From: Negaprion brevirostris
Taxonomy: Eukaryota
Assembly: GCA_030324005.1 (NCBI GenBank)
Contig: JARDVH010000130.1
Coordinates: 34,726,009-34,790,008 of the forward strand
Direction of reading: 5' to 3'
DNA length: 64,000 nt
Below the pieces are notes generated by a model, which saw only the letters and a program-made list of their open reading frames with translations, searched no databases and was not told the origin of the DNA. The position numbers were made by a program, and so were the translations under genes. Every line of letters begins with the position of its first letter. The first letter of the stretch is position 1. Shown here piece after piece: positions 1-13,759 of the stretch.

Positions 1-110
1 AGGTTCTATAAAGCTGCAACATGACTTGCCAATTTTTAAACTCAATACCCCAGCCGATGAAGGCAAGCATGCCATATGACTTCTTGACTACGTTCTCCAC
101 ATGCATTGCC
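1..110 (-). mobile_element. CR1/HER1-like LINE fragment (3' part of ORF2)
   Basis: tataaagctgcaacatgact...gatgaaggcaagcatgccatatg..ttcttgac aligns by eye to the CR1 pieces at 37330-37420 and the reverse complement of 23890-23980. Confidence 0.75.
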
Positions 111-134
111 TGTAAGTTTCTTTGTTCTTTGCTT

Positions 135-275
135 CGGTTTCCTCCCGCATTCTGAAAGACGTGCTGGTTAGGTGCACTGACCCAAACGGGCACCGGAGTA
201 TGGCGACTAGGGGAATTTCACAGTAAACTTCATTGCTGTGTTAATGTAAGCCTTACTTGCGATGAATAAACTTTA
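135..275 (+). mobile_element. 3' half of a V-SINE/HE1-like tRNA SINE
   Basis: cggtttcctccc...ggttaggtgca...ggcgactaggggaatttcacagtaaacttcattgc...gtaagcc...aataaa; the same tail occurs at 11160, 38610, 55430 and 55830. Confidence 0.8.
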
Positions 276-2129
276 CCTTTCCTTTACTAATTTTGGCTTA
301 AAAAATAATCCTATTTAATTCATGTAGCTTTAAAAAGCCACTCTCTATATTTCTAAATGGGTAAGAAGTGTGCTTTATTCTTTTTGATCGCAAATTTCAC
401 TATGAGATATCTTTTAAATCAATGAAATGTATACAGCATTATGGCTATGCAATGCTGATGAATGGAAGGCAAGTTAGGGGCATAGGAACAGGGTTATGTC
501 ATTCGTGAGCATGTCTCATCATTCAGCTTGACTACGGTTGGTCTGTCCTTCACTTCCATTTAAATGACTTGATTCAGTATCCCTTCCCTTCTGCCCAACA
601 GATATCAATCCAAGTTTTGAAAACTTCAACTGACCAGCTTACTGTCTTGAAGGGTGCTTTCCAAATTTTTATTACCTTGTGTGCAACGTTTCCTGCTATT
701 GCTCCTACATGGCTCAGCTCTAATTTCAAGATTATACTCGCTTGTTCTGGATTCCCCAATTAGAGGAAATTATTTCTCTATATCTGTACCACAAAGCACC
801 CAGATTAGATCACCCTCAAACATCTAAACACGGTCCCTTTTCTCAAGGAGGAATTAGCAAATGGGTTTTCCATTGTAGTCAACCGAAAGCCTACTTTAAA
901 TGGACAATATACACATTGGATTCATAACTCAACATGCTGGAAGATTGGTTTTATTAGCAATCTTGTAACTGGGCCCAAACCATTTGCTCGCCTTGCAAAT
1001 CTGATGTACAAATAGAGAGCAAAGCCATCCTGCAGGATAATGATCTATCCTGATCATACCACTGTTCAGTGTGTATCACACTAAACCCAAAGCCACGGTT
1101 TTCAGACCTGAAAAGTGCCTGCTCTATTTCAAATTATCCTGGAAAGGCAAAATATCTCAACATTTGAGCAACAGGTGAAGCAAGCCATTTGACACTGCTA
1201 ATGTGCATTGGTTATGCAAGTGGTATTTTCCACTAAAAGAATGCTGTTGCCTATTCAAAAGAATGCTTTGTCTGTCATACAATTGAGCAACTTGAATGAA
1301 TTTCAGAGCCAGTGCAATGGCAGGTGGCCATATGCTCATTGATTAGCTGGTTGAATCAACATGTTCCTTTGGTTGTTCCTAAAGGGCAGAGAACAGGCCA
1401 TATTTAACCAAGCCACACTTGCAAAACCCAGATCAAAAGACCTATTGTTTGATGTGGTTCTGCAAATGGAAAACACGTGCTAAACAATCCTGAGTGTGTT
1501 AACAGTAACATGAACAACCAATTTAAAAATCAGTCAAGCTCATAATGTGGCTCGTTTACGGTTGCTAGAAGCAACATGGATTCATACAAAAGGTCATTTC
1601 TATGCAAAAAGGAACATACCTTGTACCTTTTTTTAAATTATCTGAGCTTCAGGAGTTGATAGTTCCCTGTTGCTTTCTCCATGGCAATACTTCTGCTGAT
1701 CAGAATTGACATGACAATTAATCAGCCACCATAACCCTTTTCTCCTGTAGTATAATTTGTGATTGTTTGAAATCTGGCAATCTTGTGCAATACAAAATGC
1801 TTTAACAACATATCCTTTTTTCAGCAATATTCAAGGTCTGTATCATTAAGTGACTGTTCATCAAAATTTCAGAGATGAAAAGCCAGGTTTATGTCACCTG
1901 ACCTTATTAATATAACTTAAATCGCGGTATTATTTTCAAAACTGTGATACACCTTCTAAGGCCAACATATCTGGCCTAAAGTTAGGTACCCAAAATTGAA
2001 CTGCATACTCCAAATTACTAAGGTTGGTTATCTATACAACTGAAACATCAACACTCAGTATTCCAATCCATTATGGTAAAGACAATCACTCTATTAATCT
2101 TGCTGATTACTTATGTAACTGCACTTTTA

Positions 2130-2420
2130 GAGTCATCGAATCCCTACACTGTAGGAGGAGGCCATTCAGCCCATCACATCTGCACTGACTCTCTAACAGA
2201 GCATCTTACCCAGGCCTACCCCTTGCCATATACCTGTCCCTCCAATCCCCCTAACCTACACAACTTTGTTCACATGTATATTTCTGGACTGCGGAGGAAA
2301 CTGAGGCACTTGGAGGAAATCCACACAGACATGAGCAGAACTTGTGAACTCCACATAGATAGTCACCCAAGGCCAGAATTGAACCCAGCCCCTGGTGCTG
2401 TGAGGCAGCAGTGCTAACTA
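2130..2420 (-). mobile_element. V-SINE/HE1-like SINE with CR1-type tail
   Basis: The reverse complement shows a tRNA-like head (ttagcactgctgcctcacagcaccagg...gggttcaattc) and a central gtggagttcaca..ttctg..gtgtggatttcctcc domain. Confidence 0.8.
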
Positions 2421-3164
2421 CTTGCACCTATTAGTTACTCGTACACATACGCATCCAAGACCATTCATCAATTCTCAATTCCTAGAATCTTCAAAAAAAA
2501 TTACGATTTTCTGTCCTCAAATTCAAAATGGGTTAAGAAAATTGCCAACTCTTACCTGACTACGGAGTGCTTAGAAACTGGGGATAAGCACGGCCATTCA
2601 GGAAACACTGAGTTTATGATAGAGTAGCTTGTGAACTCAGAATTTATATATTATGTAGTTAGTCTGCTTTTAAATTACGAGTATTTCTATTTAAAAACAA
2701 ACCAGCAGACAAGCTTTAGTCTTAAGATAAAGGTTAGTTTATTACAAAAACTACTGCTGAAAGTTAAAAAACACATGCACAAAGATTAAACTGCAGGTAA
2801 AGGAAATAAAGATTCTTGAAGATGAAATGTTGAATTAGTCTCTGAGGTATTGCTACAGGTTGTTCCTTGAATTCCTTTTTCCCCAAGCAAAGGGGTTGAA
2901 ACGTTAGGTTTGGTTCAGCAGTTGTCATAGCTTTTGAGAGTTGGAGCTTTGCCTTTGCAAGTAGATTCAGCAAGCAGATCACATTCTGGAAGAGTGTGAC
3001 AGCTCCTGTTCTCACTTCTACGGGACTGGAGGTGGTGGCCCTTGTAAGCCTTATTCAGAACATCAGTCCAATTGCTGATTTGTTTCAATTATTTGTTTGT
3101 TTCAAGGTGTTCATCTCATGATGTTCAAGATAGTTCTCTCATTGAAATACATACTCTTTAATCC

Positions 3165-3480
3165 TAGGTGACATGGTGGCACAGTGGTTAGCACAGCTGC
3201 CTGTCAGCTCCAGGATCCTGGGTTTGATTCCAGTCTGTGGAGTCTGCATGTTCTCCCTGTTTCTGCATGGGTTTCCTCCCACAGTCCACAGAAGTTTAGG
3301 TTAGGTGGATTGACAATGTTAAATTGCCCTTTAGTGCCCTTGGCCATGTTAAGTTGCCCCTTAGTATCTTAAGATGCGTAGAGTAGGTAGGGGTGGCCTC
3401 GGGTAAAAAGCTCTGTCGGCAAGTCAGAGCAGACTCGATAGGCCAAATGTCTTCCTCCTGCACTATATGGATTCTGTGAT
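3165..3480 (+). mobile_element. V-SINE/HE1-like SINE
   Basis: ggtggcacagtggttagcac (A box)...gggtttgattcc (B box)...tgcatgttctccctgt..gggtttcctcccacagtcc..ggttaggtggattg..aaattgcccc. Confidence 0.85.
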
Positions 3481-5619
3481 AAGCAGTTTGATAAGGTTTT
3501 GGAACCAACAGAAATACACCACGTTGTTGGTCCATATGTGCCTGTAGTAGGGCAACCCAGTGAACATGGGCTGCAGCAGGAGAGGAAAGAATGAAGATAA
3601 ACAGACAGATAAACTCTAGCATCCACACACTCTGCAGGCAGACACATGAAAAATTACAAATAACTACATCCCAGATCTAAATAGTCACACCCAAGGTGAG
3701 ATCTTTCCGAGGTTACAGCAACAATAAGAGAATCAACATCGCTTAGAGATTCCACAATGTCTAGAAGTCATTGTGCCTCTGGAAAACTAATCAAGTATCA
3801 GACAAATGAGGGAAAATTAACACACCATTGAAATCGGCTTAATGACTACAGTGCTTTGATATTGCATATGAGTAGACAGGATATGTTCAGAAAACAATTA
3901 AAGATAAATCACAGGACAATGGAGCAGCAAAATGTGATCAAGACAGAACTTGAACAAATTTAAAATAACAATATAATGACCTAATCAAAATATAGTGCTT
4001 TGCAATGCAAAAACATAAAATAATGTGTAAGCACCTATGATGGGTGGAGCAACTCAGGAACAAGCTGGAATTACACCTCCAAGCGCTGCTCTCCCTCACG
4101 CATGGGAAATTCTATACTGTCTTGGAAGACTCAGTCCATTCATTCCCTCCAACATTGTTTTTCAAACACCTGCCCTTAAAATCTATACCATAACTACACA
4201 TTTCTGATACCGTGTACTCCCTATGGCCAGTGAGATCAATGCTCTGGACTTTTCACAATTTCAACTGTAAATTGGGTTTTAACAATACTTTACTGAATTT
4301 CTGATACACTTAAATAGGTATAAGTGGCACCTTTGTATTCCACTCCCATCGTATTAGCACAAAGTCAGCATTATGTACGATAGTCAGCTGCCAACGATAA
4401 GCGTAGCTAGTGGAAGAGGCGAATTAAGAACACGATTTTAGAGATCGCATGTGGGGAGCCAGAAGTTTCAAATTGTGGACTATCACAATATATTTAATAA
4501 AACATCTCCATGCTCAATAATGAGGTATTGCGGTTTCTACCTTAAATTGAGGAGGCGAATATGCACTTTCCGGCACAACGGAACCAGTGTGTACAAACGA
4601 ACACCATTCTGTCAAACTGTAGCTCAGTAAATGGCAGGATCCAACAGGGAACAAAATTAGAACTATGCTTTTCCTAGTCATGACTAATGACTTCCAATTA
4701 AAAATTTCCAACTTTTAAGTAGGTCAACTATTCAAATAGTCTGAAATAAGCAAGGGCAAACTGTTCATGATTATGGTCAAAATGTAATGATAAAATAAAA
4801 ACTGTTACAACTAAATTATCATAACAAAAACATGATATTATTTAAACAAAAATTTCAAAAAGACAGTTGCCAATGATAATATGACCAATTAACAATCAAA
4901 ATCAAATGTGTGCACAAAAATGTTGGAAGGAGCAATCTCAAAGGGATCTTAAGTTACTCGTGTCACCTTCATCTCCAACAAGGCAAACAGATTAACATGC
5001 GAATTCAGCACAGAGTATTTAAGGTTTTTCTCGCAAGGAGGGAAAAAGATAAATGTTTAAAATGTTCAAAAAGGAATCATCATATTCTTCTGGATAAAGA
5101 AAATGCATCAGGATTATCAACAGAAATGGTAGAAAATTCAATTCAACCAGGTTTAGAAAGTTATCCTCATTGGGTAATCTCACACACAGGCATTATGGTA
5201 AAGGATTTAAACATAATCAAGACACACAAACCTCTGCAAAACTATTAAGATTCAAGTCCTTTCATGATGTACTGAGCATAATGCTAAGAGAAGGTTAGAC
5301 GGTACACTTTCCATTGAATCAGAGATATGACAAGGAACTAGGTCACAAAAAGCCGATAAAATTAACACTATACACCAAGGTGTACTGCAGTGAGGCACAA
5401 CCAGTAACAACTTTTATTTAATATTGCACCTTTAATGTAGAAAAATGACCCAAGGCAAGTAAGACAAGAACAAAAAAATGGACACAGATTCAAAGAACAA
5501 ATGAAATCTTTACCAGAGGGGGGCTGCAAAGAGTCTTAAAAAAGAAAGGTGGGTAAGCAGAGGCTTTCAGGAAGACAGCTCTGAAAGAAAGTCATCCAGA
5601 ACAGCAAGTTATTCAGAAA

Positions 5620-5830
5620 AATTGCATTTATACAATGCCTTTCACAACTGCATGTCATTCTAAAATGCTTGAACCAGGTTAGTGTTCTAAAGTATGCAAT
5701 CCCACAGAGCTCCTATAAATAGCAATAATGACCAGGTAATCTATTTTTTAATGTCAATTGTGTGATTTTGAGCAACACTTCACATACATCTCCCCTGCTG
5801 CTCTTCATATCACTACCTGTAAACTTCAGT
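5620..5830 (-). mobile_element. Degenerate Deu-domain (SacSINE1/AmnSINE-like) SINE fragment
   Basis: ttgcatttata..atgcctttcacaac...agctcc..aaatagcaataatgaccaggtaatct...ctcccctgctgctcttc; same family as 14100, 44040 and 58990. Confidence 0.55.
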
Positions 5831-6070
5831 CCAGTGCACTATTCAACATTATTATTTCTAAGATGTAAACATTCAGATCCACATCAAAACAGACTTAACA
5901 GCTGGTGTGGCAGATAATTTTGACTAATACTTCAGCATTTTTAAATTTGAGACAATAGAGGCCCCCAACTTTAGAGCATTTATGCAGAGTTAGTTTCAAA
6001 GTTTTGACCAATGTTAATTCCATTTTGCTCGAACTTCTCAATGCCAAATTCCACTATTGTGCAGATATAA

Positions 6071-8215
6071 TGTTATATATTTAAGCTAGTTGCATAATTG
6101 TTTTAAAAAGTCACATGATTTGATGATGACACTGGGATATTTCATAAGCTGTTGCTTGGTTTCATTTTCTACTCTGTACAGGCAGCAGCTCCTTTTAGTT
6201 TGAGTCACACCATATCTTTTGATTTTTGTTTAAAACTCACAACCCCAAATAGTGAGGACATTACAAAAAGAAAATTGGCAATGAGTTGGGAATTTTTTTG
6301 TCAAAAACATTGTGAATTAAAGGTTAAAGTACCAGTAAAGATAGGCCAAGAAAGATAAATATATATATAATATATATACGCCCACACACCGAGCAATCAA
6401 TAGTGCCTGCAAGAGAAATCGCGAGTCAATTAGGTGCCAGGCATCCGTTTACTGAATAAAATGAATCATGGAAGTCCCATGCTGAGCAGTTTCAGTATTT
6501 TTTTAACAAGTGAATAAAGGTGAAAATGAGTTGTTCATACCAGTACCAACTTTTCTCAATACAAAAGGAAGTAAAAACCTTCAATTTGTTCTGGAGGTTG
6601 GCTCTTCCATCAAACCTAGGAAACGAAACTTACAATGACTTAACAAAGATCCTTGAAGAGCATTACGCTCCAAAACCACTCATCATTGTGGAACAGTTCA
6701 GATTCAACTAAAGGAAATCAAGAGGAAAATGAAAGCATTGCTCAAATTTATGGCATCCTTAAAAAGCTGATACAGCATTGAGTTTGGTGAGTCACTAGAA
6801 GATACTCTTCAAGATTGTCTTCTTTGTGGTCTTCAAAATGAGACTATCCAAAGAAGATTGCTTATTGAACACGCTTTGATTTTAAAGACAGCATAGAAAT
6901 CACAGTCGATGGAAATCATGCGCAAGAGGCTTCATAATTGGGTGCAGGAATGGAAATCCACAACTTGGGAACTGCCCATAAGTAGTCAAAACATCAACAG
7001 GCATATCACAGATGTGCCAAAATGGGCAGTGAGCAAGTGCTGAAGCAAATATAGTCAATAAGTGTGGCAAAACGGGCCACACTGCAGAAGCTTGTTGGGC
7101 AAGGTCAGCTTCCCTTGAGAAGAATACGAACAACTTGGATACCTTCAAGAACAACAAGTTGCATTCTACAAAAAGAATCAACATGGAAGAAATACAACTG
7201 TAAAAATGAGAATGATCAGAAATATGATGAAGAGCTCTGACTGAACATCTTAACCATAGAGCGAATCTCAGATTCTGTGCGATTCCGAAGTTGAGCGAGC
7301 AACTTTATAGGATAGAAGTTGATACTGATGCTGCTGTATCTTTAATTCCTGAGACCATGCCATTAAAAGGTCATATCACGTGAACGCAGAGTTGAGAGCA
7401 CAAACATGCAGTTCATGGTAATTTTTCAGTTCTATTTGGGAGATCATGGCTGAAGAATAGCTTAAAGGAATGCTATCAATAGATTGGTCGATGTTAAAAT
7501 AGATCTACAGCACCTTTTGGATAAACTGCCATTACTGCTTGCGACACTTCACCTTGTGGAGTAGGGGCAGTCATTTCACATATTATGTCACAAGTGAGAA
7601 ATAGGTATGAGCCATAGTTTTAGCAAAAACAAGTCTATTTTCTTAGATGGTTCAAACTTAAGATGAACTAGTCTGGTGATGCTATGCTGGTCAATTGTTT
7701 TCATCTCAATGATTTCTCAGAACCATCTCCAGAATTACCAAAATCTTTAGTCCCTATTGTTGTGGATACTAACACAGAAGACTTAGCTGAATCAGAGATG
7801 ACTGCATCTATGCTATTGTAACACATGAGAATGATGCAGAAATAGTTCCAAGTGAGGAAATAGCTGCTGAAGTCCCAAATCATACGTCAAGGGCAGCCAA
7901 ATTCTAGAATGTTGCATACTTTTTTATTGACTGTGTATAATGATTAATGATGCATGGTAGTCTGTCTACAATATTATTGGTCCCACGTATAACATCTCAG
8001 TAATTTGTCATGCCCACAGAAGTAAAGGAATGGAGGGAGGGGGGGAATGTTACATATTTACGTGGTTGTATGATTTCTTTAAGAGCCAGTCAAATGATTT
8101 GATGGTAATCTTATTCCAGTGTTCCACTGGCTCCTGCTAAAGTCAATTTTCTACAGGCAACAACTCCTTCAGTAAATCTGTTGTTANNNNNNNNNNAATC
8201 CACGTGTACAAACAA
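6071..8215 (+). mobile_element. Internally deleted Ty3/Gypsy LTR retrotransposon with both LTRs
   Basis: LTR starts tgttatatattta (6071) and tgttacatattta (8048) share gtca.atgatttgatg and tacaggca.ca.ctcctt. PBS-like ttggcaatgag at ~6274; polypurine tract ggagggagggggggaa before 8048. Gag relic (EEHYAPKPLIIVEQFRFN, CGKTGH..C knuckle ~7063), protease VDTDAAVSLI ~7318, RNase H-like LACDTSPCGVGAVISH ~7537. Confidence 0.85.
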
Positions 8216-11159
8216 TATTTTTTTTTTCTTTTTAAAACCAACCATTACCATTGTTAGGGCATTAAATATACTACAACAGAGTTAACACAAGATACTTTTG
8301 AAGGAACTATCACAGGATGGCATTGTTAATAATACTATAAAGTTTGAAGGGATTCAAACTCAAACGAAATATAAGTGCTACAGTGCTAGTTTTATATTGA
8401 TTTTCAACATATTACAAAACTGGGTTTCTTTTGGTTCACTCACATTATCAGATAGTTTTCAAATTGCTATTATATTTTAGAGACACAACTTAATACTTTT
8501 TAAAAAAGACACATTCAAGTTTTTTAATCGTATTGTGCTTGAGTGTGCAGAGTGAACAGCTGTAGATAATTTACAACAGCTCATTATTATTCACGGCTCT
8601 CCGTTAGCTTCCTCAACTATAATGCAACCAGAAGTTTCAGCACACAAAAGGACAACTTCTGCTTCAACAAGATCTGCTTTAAAAAGATCAGCAGAGGCAC
8701 AGTGATCCAGCTGGTAATGGAACACACAAATCATTAAGGTCCCAGCTATGAACCCTTAGTTCATCTTTTTATCTGATGTCAGAGTGGTAATTGCAATCAT
8801 TACAATTGGCTTAATGCATTCTCTCTCAGATATCCCATTCCTGGTCATTATCTAATGGAAGCTTCTGGAAAATTAGTATGCATATGGATCCTAGATACGA
8901 ACATAATTGGCTGTGAAGCTTTCCACACACAAAGTCTGCCAATACAACTCACTAGCCTCACACGTCTACAGAATGTACGATTCAACAAAGTGCTTGGTGC
9001 TTGAGTGACCCCAGCTACCCTTCTAGATGAGTAATCCTAGGCTGGAACACAAGCAGTGGAGATACTTTCTATGTGGTCACCAAGACATGTGAAGTGTCCC
9101 TGAAGTTTCCACACGGTGTAGGAGTTACAAGTAACAGATCATCCATGCTCATCCATGATGTAAAATCAAAACCATCGACTCCCTCTTTAGCAACCTGGCT
9201 AGAGCCCCATTTGAACTATTAATTTCAATTAATACCTGTAGAAGCACTCTGAACTTATAACCTAATATATTCACCTACTACCATAGTAACTAGATTCAAA
9301 ATCTTAATTTCCCAGCTCCCAATTCGAAACAAATACCCAAAATTCATAGGAAAGGAAAAAAATACACACCAATCAATCCTGTACGCAAGCATTGCACAAG
9401 GACATAACTAAATTATAGTCCAATGCCCAATCCCAGGAATCTTCAGGATTTACCTAGTTAAGTTTAGGATAACTGATCATTTTTTGGAACAGAAATTACA
9501 TAAAAGCCCAACAGACTGTCAGTGCAGTTGGCTTGAAAAAGATGGAAATAAATATGATGGCTTGCATCTAGACTGAAACACTATCAGTTCTAAAGTCATT
9601 AAAACTTGCTCAATCATGAATTTCAAACTTAAGAATTTCTGAATTACATAGGTCCGGAACATTACCCTGGTAATGCCCGTAAGTCACAATTTCCAATAAA
9701 AGGTTTAGCAGGTGCATATGTTTTGCCTGCCTGTTGAGGATGATGCAGATAAAAAGCAGAAGCAATGGATATCAAATATTAACGTGGCAACTGTGTTTAT
9801 ATCGATATATCCTATACATTTATCCTGATGAATCCATATCCCAGGGTGAACCAACAAATTTAAACAACAATTTACAATAAATATCCAAATACCCCTTTCA
9901 CAAGAGCCTTCAGAAATCTGAACAGGAGATTCCCCAATACCAGTGCAAATATCAACTACTTCTGAGAATTACAAATCCACATTGAAAGAGTCTCTATTCA
10001 ATTGGGACAACAGCATCATAAACTCAGTAGTGAGGAGATAACAGCTGAAATGGACAAGTGCAGGCAAGCATCTTAAACTCCTGAGTAAGTTGGATGAATT
10101 GAACAGCTTTCCCATTGTTCCTACTTGCTTATGTTTATAGACTCAAGTGGGCATACTTTAAAATATCTCTGCCATTTAGAACACTAAATACAAAAGGTGG
10201 TCTCTGAACTATAAACAGTCATTCAAGTCTTAACTAACCTTAAATTTATATGGTCCAGGCTAAGAAAAGCATTGGATGAAGTTAGTCACAGAAAAAAAGA
10301 TTACATTCAGACCTTCACAGGTTGGCAAGTTTAGTGTGAATTATTTTTAGAATTAAGGATCAGAAAGACAAACATGCATGTATCAACTGATGTACTGAAG
10401 GTCATGATGCTATCCTTTGCTCACATAATAGACACTGCACTTGAAATAACAATTCATTATGTGAAACACTTCAACACACTGACACTATTATACAAATGCA
10501 AGTACAATAGTCTGCTGCAAAACATTCAAAATGAAGCAGATAGCAATCGAGAAACATATTCTGGAGTTCTCAATTGAGTATTCCCTCAAAAACCAGCCAG
10601 CCTTTTTTCTCTTCCCAGCCCAATCTATAGCAACTGTATGTCTCTAAACTCGGTCCTGAACTTCTGAAATATAAACAGAAAATGCTAGAAACACTCAGAT
10701 CAGACTAAAATTGTGAACAAACAGGTTTAACCAGTTGAATTTTCACCCAGCTGCAGATGCAGGGCTGGAGGAAGAAAAGCCCTCAAAATTCCCTCTACTG
10801 AGCAGCATAGCAGTCCATCACCACAGTCCTGCCTCCAGGCAACTTTCACTGATGCTGAATCAATGTGATAGCTACACTATCATTGGAACAGAAATGGACC
10901 ATTCAGCCCATCAAGCCTGTTCCACCGTTCAATGAGATCACGGCTGATCGTGGCCTAACTCAGCTGATCAGTGGTCTAACTCCATATGCCTGCCTTTGGC
11001 GTATATCCCTTAATGCCAGATTGAAAATTAGCAACTGGTCTCACATCAACTGCTGTTTGTGGAAGGGAGTTTAAAACCTCTACTACCTGAGTGTAACCAC
11101 TTAAATTGTCCATGAGGCACTTGTCGAAGCAATCAAAACACTGCCAAAGTTTATAAGTT

Positions 11160-11905
11160 GATATTAGTGTCACAAGTAGACTTACATTAACACTGCAATT
11201 AAGTTACTGTGAAAATTCCCTAGTCGCCACATTCCAGCACCTGTTCGGGTACACAGAGGGAGAATTTAGCATGGCCAATGCACCTAACCAGCATGTCTTT
11301 CAGACAGGAAGAAAGTGGAAGCTGTTGAGAGGGTGCAGAGGAGATCTACAAGGATGTTGCCTGGATTGGGAGGCACACCTCATGAAGATAGGTTGAGGGA
11401 GCTAGGTCTCTTCTCCCTGGAGAGACGAAGGTTGAGAGGCGACCTGATAGAGGTNNNNNNNNNNNNNNNNNNNNNNNNNNNNNNNNNNNNNNNNNNNNNN
11501 NNNNNNNNNNNNNNNNNNNNNNNNNNNNNNNNNNNNNNNNNNNNNNNNNNNNNNNNNNNNNNNNNNNNNNNNNNNNNNGGTGAGTGAGTGGAATCGGCTG
11601 CCATCGGTGGTGGTAGAGGTGAACTCGCTGGGGTCTTTTAAAAGACTTCTGGATGGATACATGCGATTTAATGGGATTGGGAGTTACAGATAGTTCTATG
11701 GCCCGGTAGGTATGGATATGATCGGTGCAACTTGTGGGCCGAAGGGCCTGTTTGTGCTGTAGTGTTCGACGTGCTACGTGAAACCGCAGCACCCGGAGGA
11801 AGCCCACACAGACACAGGGAGAACATGCAAACTCCACAGTAATCCAAGCTGGAAATCGAACCTTGATACTGAGAGGCAGCAGTGCTAACCACTGTGCCAC
11901 CCATT
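11160..11905 (-). mobile_element. V-SINE split in two (11160-11305 and 11780-11905) by a CR1 insertion
   Basis: The SINE tail ends at ...catgtctttcagac and resumes at gaaaccgcagcacccggagga...gcagcagtgctaaccactgtgccacc. Confidence 0.8.
11306..11770 (+). mobile_element. CR1-like LINE 3' end
   Basis: ORF 11315 [37 protein letters not shown] is the typical CR1 ORF2 C-terminus; tail gggccgaagggcctgtt...gtgctgtag. Confidence 0.92.
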
Positions 11906-13759
11906 GTGATAACCTCTGGTGACAGACCAGGAGGGGTAAATGCAGCCATCAATACCTCACTGAATTTAACCTACTGTCTCCCACCTAGACGCGATTGCCA
12001 GACAGCCACAGTTGCAACCAAAGGCCATTCTATCGAAGAGACCTCACAATGACTGAAATTCTTCAGAGGACACCTCTATCATTAGCAGAAACTCCCTGAT
12101 GGCAACAGGACTGCCAATCTTTCTTTCAATGCTAGCAGGCTTCCTATTAGCCTCCAACTTCAGGAAGACTGCCTTTCATTTTTAATTGGAATGGGTTCCC
12201 AGGCACTGCCACTTGACTGGCCTCTTCTTTGAATATCCCAAGGGGCTCCAGCACTTGTGAACTGCAAACCTCCATTTCCTCCCAATGGCAGGACCAAGAC
12301 CCAGGAATAAAACTTCAGTACATCATTTCAGGTTGCTGACCTGAAAGTTACAGAATGAACATTATAAAGCCTGTTCAAGTACCATCAGTCACCACCTACC
12401 TACCTTGGCCTGGTGGTGATAAGATGCAACCTCCAAACACCATCAATTTTGATGATCCAAACCCATTGAGATTATTCAAAACACAGTGAGGTTGTTTGGA
12501 ACAGTTAAAAGTACTAGAGCACTTGAGGATTAAAGAGACAAATGATACTCTCCTATTCCCAATCCTACGTGAACAAGGGAGGAAAAGCACTTTGAACATG
12601 ATGAATTGGAGAGAAAGGGGTTAATATGCATTCCTTCCCTCCCTTTCCAAGTTATTCCTTTCTCCCTCCCTCAAAATATAACAAAAAATTGCTTCATACA
12701 TCTTGTACAGCACGACAGCTATAATATCTACAGGCAAGTTTACAAGGTCAGTCACAGTCACTCTGAATTAAATCAGTGCAACAGAAACTCAGCCCCAGGA
12801 GACCAGGCAAGGGAAGAATGACAAAACATGGAAATTGTTTATGACTTTTCACAGCTTACAAATTCAATGTCACCCACACAGCCAGCTCACCACACTCTAG
12901 ACCCATTTAAAGGTTATTGATTAGATGCACATACTTGCATTTTTCTTATTTGAAAAAAATACCAGATGTTGAGTAAGGGGTATATCTATCCATCTGCAAT
13001 ACATTTCACCTGAACTACAATGAGAACCCACCATGCTGACCTTCATTAATCCAGACATGGCTACTCCACTACACAACCCCACCTCTTTCAAAAACAGACA
13101 AGCACTTTATTTTCTGGATCAAATACATCAAATATTGGCATTGGCTAATGGATTATTTATACAGCAAAGATCTTTCATACTGTTGACGAACACTGTTAGG
13201 ATTGGTGGCCTTCACTATTAATGTGCATTATTTCAGACATCAACTTCATATGCAATTTCATTCCTGCTTGTTCCAAGAACACTGAAGAAACCTGACGCCA
13301 GTTCTTTGAGATGCAGCTGAATTTAGTAAATCGGTTTTCCTAACATTACATTTGTATCAGTATTCCGAAATACCTTGCAGCTCAGTTTAAACCCAATTCA
13401 TTTATATCAATTCCGGAAAGCTAAGCAAGGTCTACAGGCCAGAAACTGGGAAATTACTTCACCTGAGCCTTTAACTATTCTTAGGTGGTAGAGGATTAAA
13501 AACAAAACCACTAGCAGGATAAGGACACAGAGCTCCCCTTTGTGACTGGACATGAAGCACCACCTTTCAGGTAGCCTAGAAGCAGCATAAGCACTTGAAA
13601 ATGCCCATAGTCAGCTGAGGCTGGGATGACTTTTTAAAATTCATTTACAGGATATGAGCATCGCAGGCTGGGCCACCATTTATTGCTCTTCCCTAATGCC
13701 CTTCGTATCAGAGGGTATTCAAGTCTTTTTGTACTTAGACAGTGGTGGGCACCTGGAAC

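Noticed and set aside
9820-9856. CTGATGA-atcc...gggt-GAAC hammerhead-like string
   Set aside because: GAAA is not intact, and there is no convincing stem I/III or cleavage triplet.
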